Counted from the stretch's first letter, positions 27,784 to 36,794 are shown. The stretch: 64,000 nt of DNA from Selenomonadaceae bacterium (GCA_017553205.1 JAFZMV010000021.1:6571-70570); one strand, 5' to 3'. Numbers and translations are program-made. Notes: generated by a model from the letters alone, not told the origin.

Positions 27784-29148
27784 ATGAAACCTGTTGAATT
27801 AAATAAAAATTATGAGATTGAAATTTTAAGTCTGGGATCAAATGCCGAAGGTGTCGGACGGATTGAAAATTTTACGATTTTTGTTGAAAATGCTCTTCCG
27901 AATGAAAAAATTTTTGCGAAAATTATTGAAGTCAAAAAAAATTATGCGGTCGGAAAGCTGATAAAAATTTTGCGTGAAAGTTCGGACAGAGTAAAACCAT
28001 TCTGCCCGATTTATTTTGAGTGTGGAGGCTGTCAACTTCAGCATTTGAATTATTCTGCACAGCTCAAACTCAAGAAAAAAATTATTTCGGACGCGTTGGA
28101 AAGAATCGGAAAAATTGACGGTGTGGAAATTTTGGAAACAATCGGCATGGAAAATCCTTTGCGTTACAGAAATAAAATGCAGTTTCCTGTCGGAAAAAAT
28201 AAATCTGAAATTATTGTCGGCTGTTTCGCAAAAAATTCCCACAAAATTATTGATACTGATTCCTGTATGATTCAGCGAGAAGGAAATGATAAAATTTTGC
28301 GTGCCGTGAAAAAAATTGCGAACAAATTAAAAATTTCTGCTTATGACGAAGATAAACATACGGGAATTTTGCGGCATGTCATGGGAAGAGTCGGACTTAA
28401 TAACGAATTGATGGCGGTTTTGGTGACGGCGAAAAAAAATCTGCCTGACGAAAAAAAAATTATCCGTGCAATTCGTGAAGAACTTCCTGAAATTTCTTCC
28501 ATTCAGCAAAATATTCAGACTTACAAAAATAATGTCATTCTTGGTCGCGAAACAAAAATTTTGTACGGCAGAGAAACTATCAAAGACAAAATCGGAAATT
28601 TGAAATTTAATATTTCTGCACGAAGTTTTTTTCAAGTGAACACCGAACAGGCGGAAATTTTGTATAAAACCGCGTTGAATTTTGCGGAATTGAGCGGGCG
28701 GGAAATTGTTATTGATGCTTACTGCGGAACAGGGACTATCTCATTATTTTTGGCGAAGTCTGCTTATAAAGTTTACGGGATTGAAATTGTAAACTCGGCG
28801 ATAAATGACGCGAAAAAAAATGCCCGCGAAAATAAAATTCGCAACGCTGAATTTATTTGCGGGGACGCGGTGAAAGTTATTCCAAAATTATTCAGCGAAG
28901 GAATTTTTGCTGATGTCGTAATTGTAGATCCTCCGCGTGCAGGCTGTGAAAAAAAAGTTCTTGAAACTTTTGCCTCCATGAATCCCGCAAAAATTATTTA
29001 TGTTTCCTGCAATCCCGCAACGCTGGCAAGAGATTTAAAAATTTTATCTGAACTCGGTTACAAGACAAAAAAAATTCAGCCCGTTGACATGTTCCCTTTC
29101 AGTTCTCATGTTGAATCGGTTGCACAGATTGTAAAAGAAACTGATTAA
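27784..29148 (+). CDS. rlmD: 23S rRNA (uracil-5)-methyltransferase RlmD/RumA family (TRAM + Fe-S + SAM MTase)
   Basis: TRAM N-terminus, Cys cluster CPIYFECGGCQLQH, DAYCGTGT, DPPRAGC, VSCNPATLARD. Start moved to ATG 27784. Confidence 0.85.
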   Translation: MKPVELNKNYEIEILSLGSNAEGVGRIENFTIFVENALPNEKIFAKIIEVKKNYAVGKLIKILRESSDRVKPFCPIYFECGGCQLQHLNYSAQLKLKKKIISDALERIGKIDGVEILETIGMENPLRYRNKMQFPVGKNKSEIIVGCFAKNSHKIIDTDSCMIQREGNDKILRAVKKIANKLKISAYDEDKHTGILRHVMGRVGLNNELMAVLVTAKKNLPDEKKIIRAIREELPEISSIQQNIQTYKNNVILGRETKILYGRETIKDKIGNLKFNISARSFFQVNTEQAEILYKTALNFAELSGREIVIDAYCGTGTISLFLAKSAYKVYGIEIVNSAINDAKKNARENKIRNAEFICGDAVKVIPKLFSEGIFADVVIVDPPRAGCEKKVLETFASMNPAKIIYVSCNPATLARDLKILSELGYKTKKIQPVDMFPFSSHVESVAQIVKETD

Positions 29149-29178
29149 AAATATTTTATAAATGGAGGATAATTTTTT

Positions 29179-30531
29179 ATGAGTGAAGATTTTGTTTCAA
29201 CGATAAAAGAAATTTTAAAATACGGCGGTTCGACTTTTGCGGCTCTGATTGTGATGAGCGTTTACACGACGACCGACGGACTTTTTATCGGAAATTTTAT
29301 CGGGACTAACGGACTGGCGGCAATGGCTTTAATTTATCCCGTGACAATTATTTTTATTGCCATCGGAACTTTATTTGAAACCGGCGGAAGTGCTGTTGTT
29401 GCAAGTGTTATCGGCGAAAATAAAAAAGACACTGCAGAAAAAATTATGAGGACAAATTATTTCACAGCCATTATTGTCGGAATAATTATTGCAGTTGTCG
29501 GAAATATTTTTGTTGAAGATTTTTTAAAATTTCTTTCTGACAATCCCGAAGAATTTTTAATAATTGATCTGGCTGTTTCGTATTTGCGAATAACTCTTTG
29601 CAGTGTTACGTTTTCGATAATGATTTATATGACCGGAGCATTTATGCGTTGTATCGGTCAGCCTTCGCACGTTGCTTATTTAATGTGTACGACAGTCGTT
29701 ATAAATATAATTTTGGACGCACTTTTTATAATTGTTTTTGGCTGGGGAATGGAAGGTGCGGCAGGTGCAACATTTATTGCACAATTTTCCGGAGCAGTGA
29801 TAACTTTTTACTACTTTAAATTTTCCAAGCATAAATTTTCAACTAAATTCAGCATTGGAGATTTTGAGTACATTTTTCAGGAAATAAAAATTGGTGCGGG
29901 TTTTGGATTTGCGTCCCTGATGTTGTTCGTCACCGAATATTTTTTGAATTTTATTTTGCTGCAATATGACGCGGCACATTTATTATCTGTCGCGGCAATT
30001 TCAAATATAATTTTGAGTTTTGTATTTTTGCCCTTGAACGGATTGGACACTGGAATACAGCCGTTAATGAGCAAACTTTTTGCAGAGAAAAAAGAGAACG
30101 AATATTTAAACGTAATGCGTTACGGATTTTTCACGACGATGATTTTGACTGTCGGAATGTATATCATATTGATGATTTTCCCTGAAGAATTGGCGAGATT
30201 TTTTATTGAATCAAATGAGCCGATAACAGAAGACATGGTAATTTTTCTTCAAATGTTGTTTTTGTTTCAACCTTTCGTCGGAATTTATACATGGCTCAGC
30301 GGAATCATGGCGGCACTTGAAGATGAATGGCGGAATATTGTAGTAGGCTTATCGCCGATTTTTGTTCAAGTCCCGTTGATGTGGTTTATGCCAAAATTTA
30401 TTCCGATAGAATATGTAGCTTTGGCTTTTTCTCTGCAGGACGTTGCGGAAGCTTCAATCGCGTTTTTATTGATACATTCTTTTTTCAAGATGAAAGGTAT
30501 TTCATTCAAGAAAATTTTTAAACCGCGGTAA
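29179..30531 (+). CDS. MATE-family multidrug/efflux transporter
   Basis: 12-TM-like profile with a MATE-type N-terminus (..VYTTTDGLFIGNFIGTNGLAAMAL..). Confidence 0.8.
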   Translation: MSEDFVSTIKEILKYGGSTFAALIVMSVYTTTDGLFIGNFIGTNGLAAMALIYPVTIIFIAIGTLFETGGSAVVASVIGENKKDTAEKIMRTNYFTAIIVGIIIAVVGNIFVEDFLKFLSDNPEEFLIIDLAVSYLRITLCSVTFSIMIYMTGAFMRCIGQPSHVAYLMCTTVVINIILDALFIIVFGWGMEGAAGATFIAQFSGAVITFYYFKFSKHKFSTKFSIGDFEYIFQEIKIGAGFGFASLMLFVTEYFLNFILLQYDAAHLLSVAAISNIILSFVFLPLNGLDTGIQPLMSKLFAEKKENEYLNVMRYGFFTTMILTVGMYIILMIFPEELARFFIESNEPITEDMVIFLQMLFLFQPFVGIYTWLSGIMAALEDEWRNIVVGLSPIFVQVPLMWFMPKFIPIEYVALAFSLQDVAEASIAFLLIHSFFKMKGISFKKIFKPR

Positions 30532-30539
30532 AAATTCTT

Positions 30540-32180
30540 TCATTTTTTGGCTTTTTTATTTTTTCGTGCCTCATAACGTTTTTTTGATTCGGCAATAATT
30601 TTGTTCATCGGGTGATTTTTCCGAGTTTCGCAATTTTCATTTCCGCAATAAAACATTGGGGTACGTTCTTTAAATTTATGCAGGAACATTGTACCGCCAC
30701 AAACTTTACAAGGTTTTTCCTGCGGTTCGTCCCAAGTTGAAAAATCACAAGCAGGAAAATCTTCACAGATAAATGAATTTCTTTTTCCGAAAAGTCTTTT
30801 TGTCAAACGTTTTCCGCATTTCGGACATTTCTTGTCGAGATATTCCAAAATTGGCTTTGCGTTTTTACATTCGGGATAACCTGAACACGCCAAAAATTTT
30901 CCGTAGCGTCCTCGTTTAATCAGCATGGGCTTTCCGCATTTGTCGCAAATTTCGTCGCTCAATTCGTCGGGCTGTTTTTGCGGAGTGGCATTTTCTCCAA
31001 GTTCATTCATTGCCTGTTCAAAATTTTTAACAAAAACGTTACAATAATTTTCTATAACAGAAATTTTTTCCGCCTTTCCTTCAGCAATTTCCGAAAACTG
31101 CACGGAAAGTTTTTTATAAGAATCTGAACTGAAATCTTCATCAAAAAATCCGTCAAGAGCCTCCAAAACTTTTTTGCCTGTCGGAGTGATTTTATAAGTC
31201 GAATTTTCAGCCGTAATATAATTTCTTTTCAGCAGTGAAGAAATCCCGCCCGCGTAAACTTCAGCCCAATCAATTCCAAGTTTATCAAGAGCCGCCATCA
31301 AAGATGCGTCGGAACATTCGCCGCCCAAAATAAATTTTTCGTCAACTTTTTTTTCGGACTGATTGAAAATTAAATTATAAAGTTGAAATTGTCCGTCAGA
31401 TAAAAATTCCTTGACGCTTTCCGGAGTGCGTTTTTCGTCCGTCAAAAAAATTTCTTCGCCGTGAGGAAATTTTATTAAACCTGTCCTCTCGTCGTCATTT
31501 AAACTTACGCCTTCAAAAAGTTGTTCGGCAATCACGCGAGTTTTTGCGGCGGAAAAATTTAATTTTTGAAATGCAAGCTCCTGCATAACTGCGGGAGTAA
31601 ATTTTTTTTCAAGAATAATTTTGCCGTCTATTTTTTTTTCGGTGATGAGTTTTAAAAGAAGTACACGAAATCTGCCGACTTTTACTCCGCGATAAATTTT
31701 GCAGGAAAGATAATCGCCAATTTTTTGACTGACAAATTTGTCGATAATCTGACGAGCCTGAAAAGATTTAACAAGATTTTCGTCAATAGGTCTTGCATAA
31801 TCCTGAAGATTTTTTATTTTGTCTTTGGTGAGTTCGTCAAGAAAAATTCTGCACTTGGATTTTGCATTTACTCCGAAAAGTTCGCAACACTGTTTTGAAA
31901 GAAATTCTCCAGCACCGTCAGGATTCATCGCAAAAAAAACTCTTCGAGCATTCAAAGATTCTTTTTCAATTTCTTTCACCAGCGGAGCTTTTCCGCGAAC
32001 TTTGATATATTCCGGAGAATAATTTTCTTCGTCAATTCCGAGTCGGCTTTTCGGCAGATCTCTTAGAAATCCGTCTGTAGATATTACCAAAAAAGATCTT
32101 CCCAAAAATTTTTTCAGCGTTCGAGCTTTGCCCGCTGTTTCAGTGAGTATCAAAGTTTTTAATGTTGTTTCCTTCGACAA
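30540..32180 (-). CDS. Topoisomerase IA (TopA)-like protein, shortened and apparently catalytically degenerate; Toprim + remnants of the core + three C4 zinc ribbons
   Basis: LILTETAGKARTLKKFLG..GFLRDLP (Toprim). AMNPDGAGE replaces ATDxDREGE. AEQLFEGVSLNDDERTGLIKFPHGEE replaces ..LYEG..GLITYMRTDS. Zn ribbons CDKCG..CSGYPEC, CPKCG.., CKVCG..CGNENC. TTG start after GGAGGG. Immediately downstream of dprA. Confidence 0.75.
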   Translation of the reverse strand: MSKETTLKTLILTETAGKARTLKKFLGRSFLVISTDGFLRDLPKSRLGIDEENYSPEYIKVRGKAPLVKEIEKESLNARRVFFAMNPDGAGEFLSKQCCELFGVNAKSKCRIFLDELTKDKIKNLQDYARPIDENLVKSFQARQIIDKFVSQKIGDYLSCKIYRGVKVGRFRVLLLKLITEKKIDGKIILEKKFTPAVMQELAFQKLNFSAAKTRVIAEQLFEGVSLNDDERTGLIKFPHGEEIFLTDEKRTPESVKEFLSDGQFQLYNLIFNQSEKKVDEKFILGGECSDASLMAALDKLGIDWAEVYAGGISSLLKRNYITAENSTYKITPTGKKVLEALDGFFDEDFSSDSYKKLSVQFSEIAEGKAEKISVIENYCNVFVKNFEQAMNELGENATPQKQPDELSDEICDKCGKPMLIKRGRYGKFLACSGYPECKNAKPILEYLDKKCPKCGKRLTKRLFGKRNSFICEDFPACDFSTWDEPQEKPCKVCGGTMFLHKFKERTPMFYCGNENCETRKNHPMNKIIAESKKRYEARKNKKAKK

Positions 32181-32205
32181 TTAAAACCCTCCAAGCTTTT
32201 TTCAA

Positions 32206-32250
32206 TTAGAAATGAGGAATGTGGAATTAAAATTCCTAACTCCTAATTCC
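32206..32250. repeat. GGAA-heptad palindromic element, copy 2 (dprA / topA-like spacer)
   Basis: ttagaaa tgaggaa tgtggaa ttaaaa ttcctaa ctcctaa ttcc. It overlaps the dprA stop codon. Confidence 0.75.
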
Positions 32251-33364
32251 TTCTGTATCGTCCGCCGTCTTCAGTAATATATTTTTTCAGTTCAAGTTCA
32301 AGAATTATAGACGAAATTTCTGCCGCGTCAATATCATCAACCGACATCAAAATTTCATCGAGAGTAATATATTCTTCAGCGGGAATTATGTCAAAAATTT
32401 TTTTCTCCGTGTCAGTAAGTTCAATCGGTTTGACTTCCAAAATTTTCTTCTCTTCAACAGGTGCGGGAATTTTTTCAGTTTCAAAAATATTTTGTTCGAC
32501 TGAAAAATTATATTTCTTCAAAATATCTTTGACATCATTTAACAAAATCGCACCGTTTTTTATGAGATTGTTACAGCCTAAACTTTTTTCGGAAAAAATA
32601 TTTCCCGGCACGGCAAAAACATCACGAGAAAATTTTTTTGCGTCCTCTGCCGTCAAAAGTGCTCCGCTTTTTTCTCCCGCCTCAATAACAATCACACAGC
32701 GTGAAAGCCCCGCAATAATTTTATTTCTTGCAGGAAAACTTCCTGTATTCGGCTGAAAACTCGGACTGAATTCACTTATGACAATTCCTTTTTCAGAAAT
32801 TTCTTCAAGCAGTTTTTTTTTCTCGCTCTTGAAATAATAACTTATTCCTCCGCCCAAAATTGCCGCCGTTCTTCCGTTTTTCATTGCACCGATATGAGCG
32901 GCAGTATCAATTCCTTTAGCTGCTCCGCTGACAATCGTTAAACCTGCCGCCGCAAGTTCGGAGCTGATTTTTTGAGCGGCTTTTTTTCCGTATTCAGTCG
33001 CCTCTCTTGTTCCGACAATCGCAACTCTTTCCGAAAAAGTTCTTAAATTTCCGCGATAATAAAAAATTGCCGGAGCAGACGGAATATTTTTTAAGATAGG
33101 CGGATAATCTTCGTCAAGAATACAGCACAATTTAAAATTTTTCTTTTCGCAAAAACCTTCAATCATTTCGGGAGCCTCAGGAAATTTTTTTCTGAATTCA
33201 AAAAAAGATTCCAACGCATTTGACGGCAGATTTATTTTTTCAAACTCTTCCCGTCTTGCATGCCATGCTTTTTCCGCACCTCCAAAAAAATTTGAAATTT
33301 TTATTACTCGCTGACTTCCCATTTGATTCGCGGCTTTCATTGCCGCCATAAAATATTTCTCCAA
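32243..33364 (-). CDS. dprA: DNA processing protein DprA (Smf)
   Basis: VAIVGTREATEYGKKAA..LTIVSGAAKGIDTAAH..GGGISYY..FPARNKIIAGLS. C-terminal winged-helix-like tail. Confidence 0.9.
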   Translation of the reverse strand: MEKYFMAAMKAANQMGSQRVIKISNFFGGAEKAWHARREEFEKINLPSNALESFFEFRKKFPEAPEMIEGFCEKKNFKLCCILDEDYPPILKNIPSAPAIFYYRGNLRTFSERVAIVGTREATEYGKKAAQKISSELAAAGLTIVSGAAKGIDTAAHIGAMKNGRTAAILGGGISYYFKSEKKKLLEEISEKGIVISEFSPSFQPNTGSFPARNKIIAGLSRCVIVIEAGEKSGALLTAEDAKKFSRDVFAVPGNIFSEKSLGCNNLIKNGAILLNDVKDILKKYNFSVEQNIFETEKIPAPVEEKKILEVKPIELTDTEKKIFDIIPAEEYITLDEILMSVDDIDAAEISSIILELELKKYITEDGGRYRRN

Positions 33365-33380
33365 CGCACCAACGCCCTTC

Positions 33381-33405
33381 TAATAATTTGGAATTTGGAA
33401 TGAAG
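33381..33405. repeat. GGAA-heptad element, copy 3 (single-arm fragment upstream of dprA)
   Basis: taataatttggaatttggaatgaag matches the first 25 nt of copy 1 almost exactly. Confidence 0.6.
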
Positions 33406-33566
33406 AGTAAGAAAATTTTTTGTCTGAAATATTTTCCTTTGATTCTTTCGACTTGAAAATTTTCCTGCCAAAAAATTTTTATGGGCGGCAGGGATTTTAT
33501 TTTACTGTATAGAATTTTCAAACGTCATAAATTGTGCGTTGATAAATCGTAAAGAAAAGCGGGTGA

Positions 33567-34427
33567 ATGTTGGTGGAAAAAGTCAAAGTGATGATTGTTG
33601 ATGATTCAAAAGTCAGTCGTGCTATATTGGCAAACCACTTGTCGAAAACAAATTTTGAAGTCGTCGCTATGGCGAAAGATGCGGCGGAGGCTTTGAAACT
33701 TTATCATGAATGTAGTCCTGATATTGTGACGATGGACATGAATTTGCCGGACGCGGACGGAATAGAATGCAGCAGAAGAATTCGTGCGGCTGATCCTGAA
33801 GCAAAAATCGTAATGATAAGTGCGATGAGGGACGGAAATTTAATAGCACGCGGCAAAGAAGTCGGAATCGGTGCATTTTTGCAGAAACCTGTAAGCACAA
33901 ACGCAATAATTGATTCACTGATGATGCTTTGTCAAAAGAAAGTCAGTCGTGTTGCAATGCTCAGAGAATCTTACGTAAAAATTTTCGCGAATTCTTTAAA
34001 GCAGGGAATTTTTGAAATGATTGCAGTAAAAGTCGAGCCTGTTATAGAACATTACGACAAAAAATATTTGGACGTGGACGGAATAGCGGTCATAGTCGGC
34101 TTGACGGGCAGTCCTTCCGGCAGAGCGATATTTTACATGTCGAAGGACACCATGAAAAATTTTTCAAAGAAAATGTTGAGCAGTGAAGATTTATCTGACG
34201 ATGAAATCCAAGATGCAGTGGAAGAAGCGGCAAATATTATCATGGGGCATGGCGTTTCAAATGTAAACGACGTTTTTAAAGACAAAGAATTGAGAATTAC
34301 TCCGCCGGGTACAATCTGCGGAGCGGGCATCAGGGTGGCGAGCCCGAAACTTACGACTTTCAAACTTACAGCCCCGACAAATTTCGGCGACATTTGCGTT
34401 AATGTCGGATTCGCGGAAGGAGATTGA
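33567..34427 (+). CDS. CheY-like receiver domain fused to a CheX/CheC-like phosphatase domain
   Basis: REC: VMIVDDSKV..IVTMDMNLPDADG..ISAM. C-terminal: GIAVIVGLTGSPSGRAIFY..AVEEAANIIMG (ExxN)..ITPPGT. Confidence 0.8.
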   Translation: MLVEKVKVMIVDDSKVSRAILANHLSKTNFEVVAMAKDAAEALKLYHECSPDIVTMDMNLPDADGIECSRRIRAADPEAKIVMISAMRDGNLIARGKEVGIGAFLQKPVSTNAIIDSLMMLCQKKVSRVAMLRESYVKIFANSLKQGIFEMIAVKVEPVIEHYDKKYLDVDGIAVIVGLTGSPSGRAIFYMSKDTMKNFSKKMLSSEDLSDDEIQDAVEEAANIIMGHGVSNVNDVFKDKELRITPPGTICGAGIRVASPKLTTFKLTAPTNFGDICVNVGFAEGD

Positions 34428-34431
34428 TAGC

Positions 34432-34899
34432 GTGGATGCAAAACTCGTAAACCCTTTTATTGATGCGTTTATGGCGGTTATGCCGCAAATAGGTTTTCCA
34501 ACGCCGACAAGAAAAAAAGTTTTTTTACAGGATAGAAATATTGTCAGCAATGGCGTTGTTGTTATGGTCGGATTTACAAAACAAATGCGTGGTAATGTTG
34601 TTTACAACATGAAAGAGGACGTTGCAAAATTTGTAGCGTCAACCATGATGATGGGCATGCCCGTTGCAGAATTTGACGCAATGGCTCAAAGTGCGATTTG
34701 TGAACTTTCTAACATGCTTTCTGCAAATTCCGCAACCAATCTCACGAAAATGGGACTTGAAGTTGATATTTCTACTCCCAATTTGACTATCGGTCAAGGT
34801 CTTTCCGTAAAAATAAGCGACAGTCAATATCTTACTATTGAAATGGATTTGGGCGGACACAGCGTTGATATTGCAATCGCTGTTGACAGGAATAATTAA
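34432..34899 (+). CDS. cheX: Chemotaxis phosphatase CheX
   Basis: VNPFIDAF..VVVMVGFTKQMRGNVVY..AICELSNML (ExxN)..DISTPNLTIG. GTG start 8 nt after AAGGAG. Confidence 0.8.
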   Translation: MDAKLVNPFIDAFMAVMPQIGFPTPTRKKVFLQDRNIVSNGVVVMVGFTKQMRGNVVYNMKEDVAKFVASTMMMGMPVAEFDAMAQSAICELSNMLSANSATNLTKMGLEVDISTPNLTIGQGLSVKISDSQYLTIEMDLGGHSVDIAIAVDRNN

Positions 34900-34920
34900 A
34901 AAAATTTTCTAATAACAAAA

Positions 34921-34956
34921 GTAGAGTTTCTGAGTGGAAGCTCTACTTTTTATTTT
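34921..34956 (+). terminator. Intrinsic terminator after cheX
   Basis: gtagagtttc / gaagctctac 10-bp stem, loop tgagtg, then TTTTTATTTT. Confidence 0.85.
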
Positions 34957-34989
34957 GGGAGGAAAAATTTTTTATGCAGATTGATTGAT

Positions 34990-35160
34990 TATTACTCCGA
35001 CGATTAAAATTACCAAAAACTGTGAGAAATTTTTAGCAGACGTGAAATGCGAATAGAATCTCACGAAAAAAATTTAGTATTTATTGTCGTCGGAGTAATA
35101 TCTAGCCCGTTAAGCTAGCAGATAAACAAAATTTTATCATTTATTGTCGTCGGAGTAACA
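34990..35160. repeat. Short direct + inverted repeat cluster (non-coding)
   Basis: Exact 20-mer atttattgtcgtcggagtaa at 35079-35098 and 35139-35158 (60-nt period). Inverted 13-mer attactccgacga at 34991-35003. Internal hairpins gtgaga/tctcac and ctagc/gctag. Confidence 0.7.
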
Positions 35161-35236
35161 GTTCGCGAAAATCGAAAACCCACATACACTACAATTAAAA
35201 TATTTTCTGCACCGCTGATAATTTTTTCTTCCAAAA

Positions 35237-36142
35237 TTATTTCATCACTCGTGCATTAAATTTTTCGATAAGTTTTACAGGGCGATAAGATTCTTTTGCT
35301 TGTCGAAGTCCTTCAAGTCCCATATCTGATTCGCGATTTATAAAAGTCACGTCAGACCATTCAGCCGCCACAAAATTTTGATTTATCGCGGTATATGCTC
35401 CGCGAATTTCCGGATTTGCTTTTTCAACATGAATTACTGCGGTATCAGAATTTAATTTTTCTCCAAAAGTAAACGCTATAACTTTTCCGTCAAGTAAAAT
35501 TGCTCCGCCTTTCAGTTTGAACTCGTCGAAGTTGTCAAAAATTTCATGTATCGCCGCCTGTTCGTAACAAATAAACGGATCGTCAGGATTTATTTTTTTA
35601 TGAATTTCGTACCAGCGGTTTAATTCGTCGCGACACTTGGGAATAATTTCAGAAGTTATCGGCAAATATTCAGCCGTCGGAAATTCTTTTCGGAAAGAAT
35701 TTAAATGATTTTTTTTGCCGTGATATTTTCTGCCCGACAAATTTATTAAATCTTCCGCCAAATAAACATAATCAAATTCATTTCTGTCAGGCTCGATTTC
35801 AAAATTTGCATGCGGATATTTTTTAAGCTCTTCAGTAAAATTTTTTTCGACTATAACAAAAGAAAAATTTTTTTCGCCTTTATTTTTTTCTGCCCAGTCC
35901 AAAATTTTTGTAATTGCGTCCTGCATTTTTTCCTGCTGTCCTACAGGTTGCCAAGCCGCCAACATATCCTCACTTGACGACGAAATAAAAAGTACTTCAT
36001 CTTCCACAGTCCACTGAATATTGCAAAGGTTTCTCCAAATGTACAAATTTGTGAAATTATGTTCGGAGTTTTCGTAATAACCCGCATTGTAAAATTTGTC
36101 GATAATTTTTTTGTCTGCTTTTTCCAAATTTTTAAATTCCAT
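35237..36142 (-). CDS. DUF2156-like protein (stand-alone homolog of the MprF/LysX C-terminal aminoacyl-transferase domain)
   Basis: Pattern NSEHNFTNLYIWRN.., about 300 aa, GNAT-like duplication. The family call is from memory. Confidence 0.5.
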   Translation of the reverse strand: MEFKNLEKADKKIIDKFYNAGYYENSEHNFTNLYIWRNLCNIQWTVEDEVLFISSSSEDMLAAWQPVGQQEKMQDAITKILDWAEKNKGEKNFSFVIVEKNFTEELKKYPHANFEIEPDRNEFDYVYLAEDLINLSGRKYHGKKNHLNSFRKEFPTAEYLPITSEIIPKCRDELNRWYEIHKKINPDDPFICYEQAAIHEIFDNFDEFKLKGGAILLDGKVIAFTFGEKLNSDTAVIHVEKANPEIRGAYTAINQNFVAAEWSDVTFINRESDMGLEGLRQAKESYRPVKLIEKFNARVMK

Positions 36143-36182
36143 ATTCCAAACCCCTTAAAAATTTTTTTCGTGATTCACTTAA

Positions 36183-36632
36183 TCACCAGCGTAATTTTCT
36201 TTGCCATGCAGTCATTTCTTTTTGTCCAAGCGGCAAATCTATTGATTGACCGTTGTCGTAAAAAAATTTGAATCTGACTTCTTTCGCCAAAAGTAAATCT
36301 CTCAAAGCATTTTTCGGCAGACTGACGAACAATTTATTTTCATTTTTCCACTGCATGCGAGTTTGTTTTGTGGCGGCAGGCATTTCCCATGGAGCTCCGT
36401 CAGTGAAAAGCACTGCACGTTTTAAAAATTGTGACTTATCGTATCTGTAATCCCAAAGACTTAAAACTGCTCCCTCAAGTCTGCCGTCAATATCTCTGGA
36501 CGCTTGAAAATCTAATCGAGCATATTCTTCAAGAGTGGTCGCTTTTCTGTGATCGTGATTCCATGTATAACTCACTCCGAAAATTCCTATCGTGAAAAGC
36601 AAAACACCGATTCCCAAAAAAATTTTCTGCAT
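36183..36632 (-). CDS. Hypothetical membrane-anchored protein (149 aa)
   Basis: N-terminal TM helix (IFLGIGVLLFTIGIFGV). Codirectional with and 40 nt upstream of the DUF2156 gene. Confidence 0.5.
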   Translation of the reverse strand: MQKIFLGIGVLLFTIGIFGVSYTWNHDHRKATTLEEYARLDFQASRDIDGRLEGAVLSLWDYRYDKSQFLKRAVLFTDGAPWEMPAATKQTRMQWKNENKLFVSLPKNALRDLLLAKEVRFKFFYDNGQSIDLPLGQKEMTAWQRKLRW

Positions 36633-36743
36633 TATTTTCTCCGTAAAAAAATTTTTGAACTTACAAATTTATTTTATACATCTTGTCGCTGTTAATAATT
36701 TTATCCAAAATTGATTATAATTTTTATTTTGTTAAGCGTCAAA

Positions 36744-36794
36744 TAAAAAAAGGGCGTTTAATTTCCCCATTTATAAGCTGGAAATTTTTCGCCC
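36744..36794 (-). terminator. Intrinsic terminator after mreB
   Basis: Minus strand: gggcg..tttcc / ggaaa..cgccc hairpin followed by TTTTTTTATTT. Confidence 0.55.

Noticed and set aside
33464-33500. Terminator-like hairpin (cctgcc..ggcagg plus T-rich tail) on the plus strand in the dprA / cheY-cheX divergent region.
   Set aside because: There is no upstream plus-strand gene to terminate. The stem is short (6 bp) with an A/T loop, so the support is too weak to call an attenuator.
35079-35158. Possible CRISPR mini-array (20-30-nt repeat with 60-nt period).
   Set aside because: There are only two direct repeats, plus an inverted partial copy. No cas genes are in the window, and the conserved repeat core is only 20 nt.
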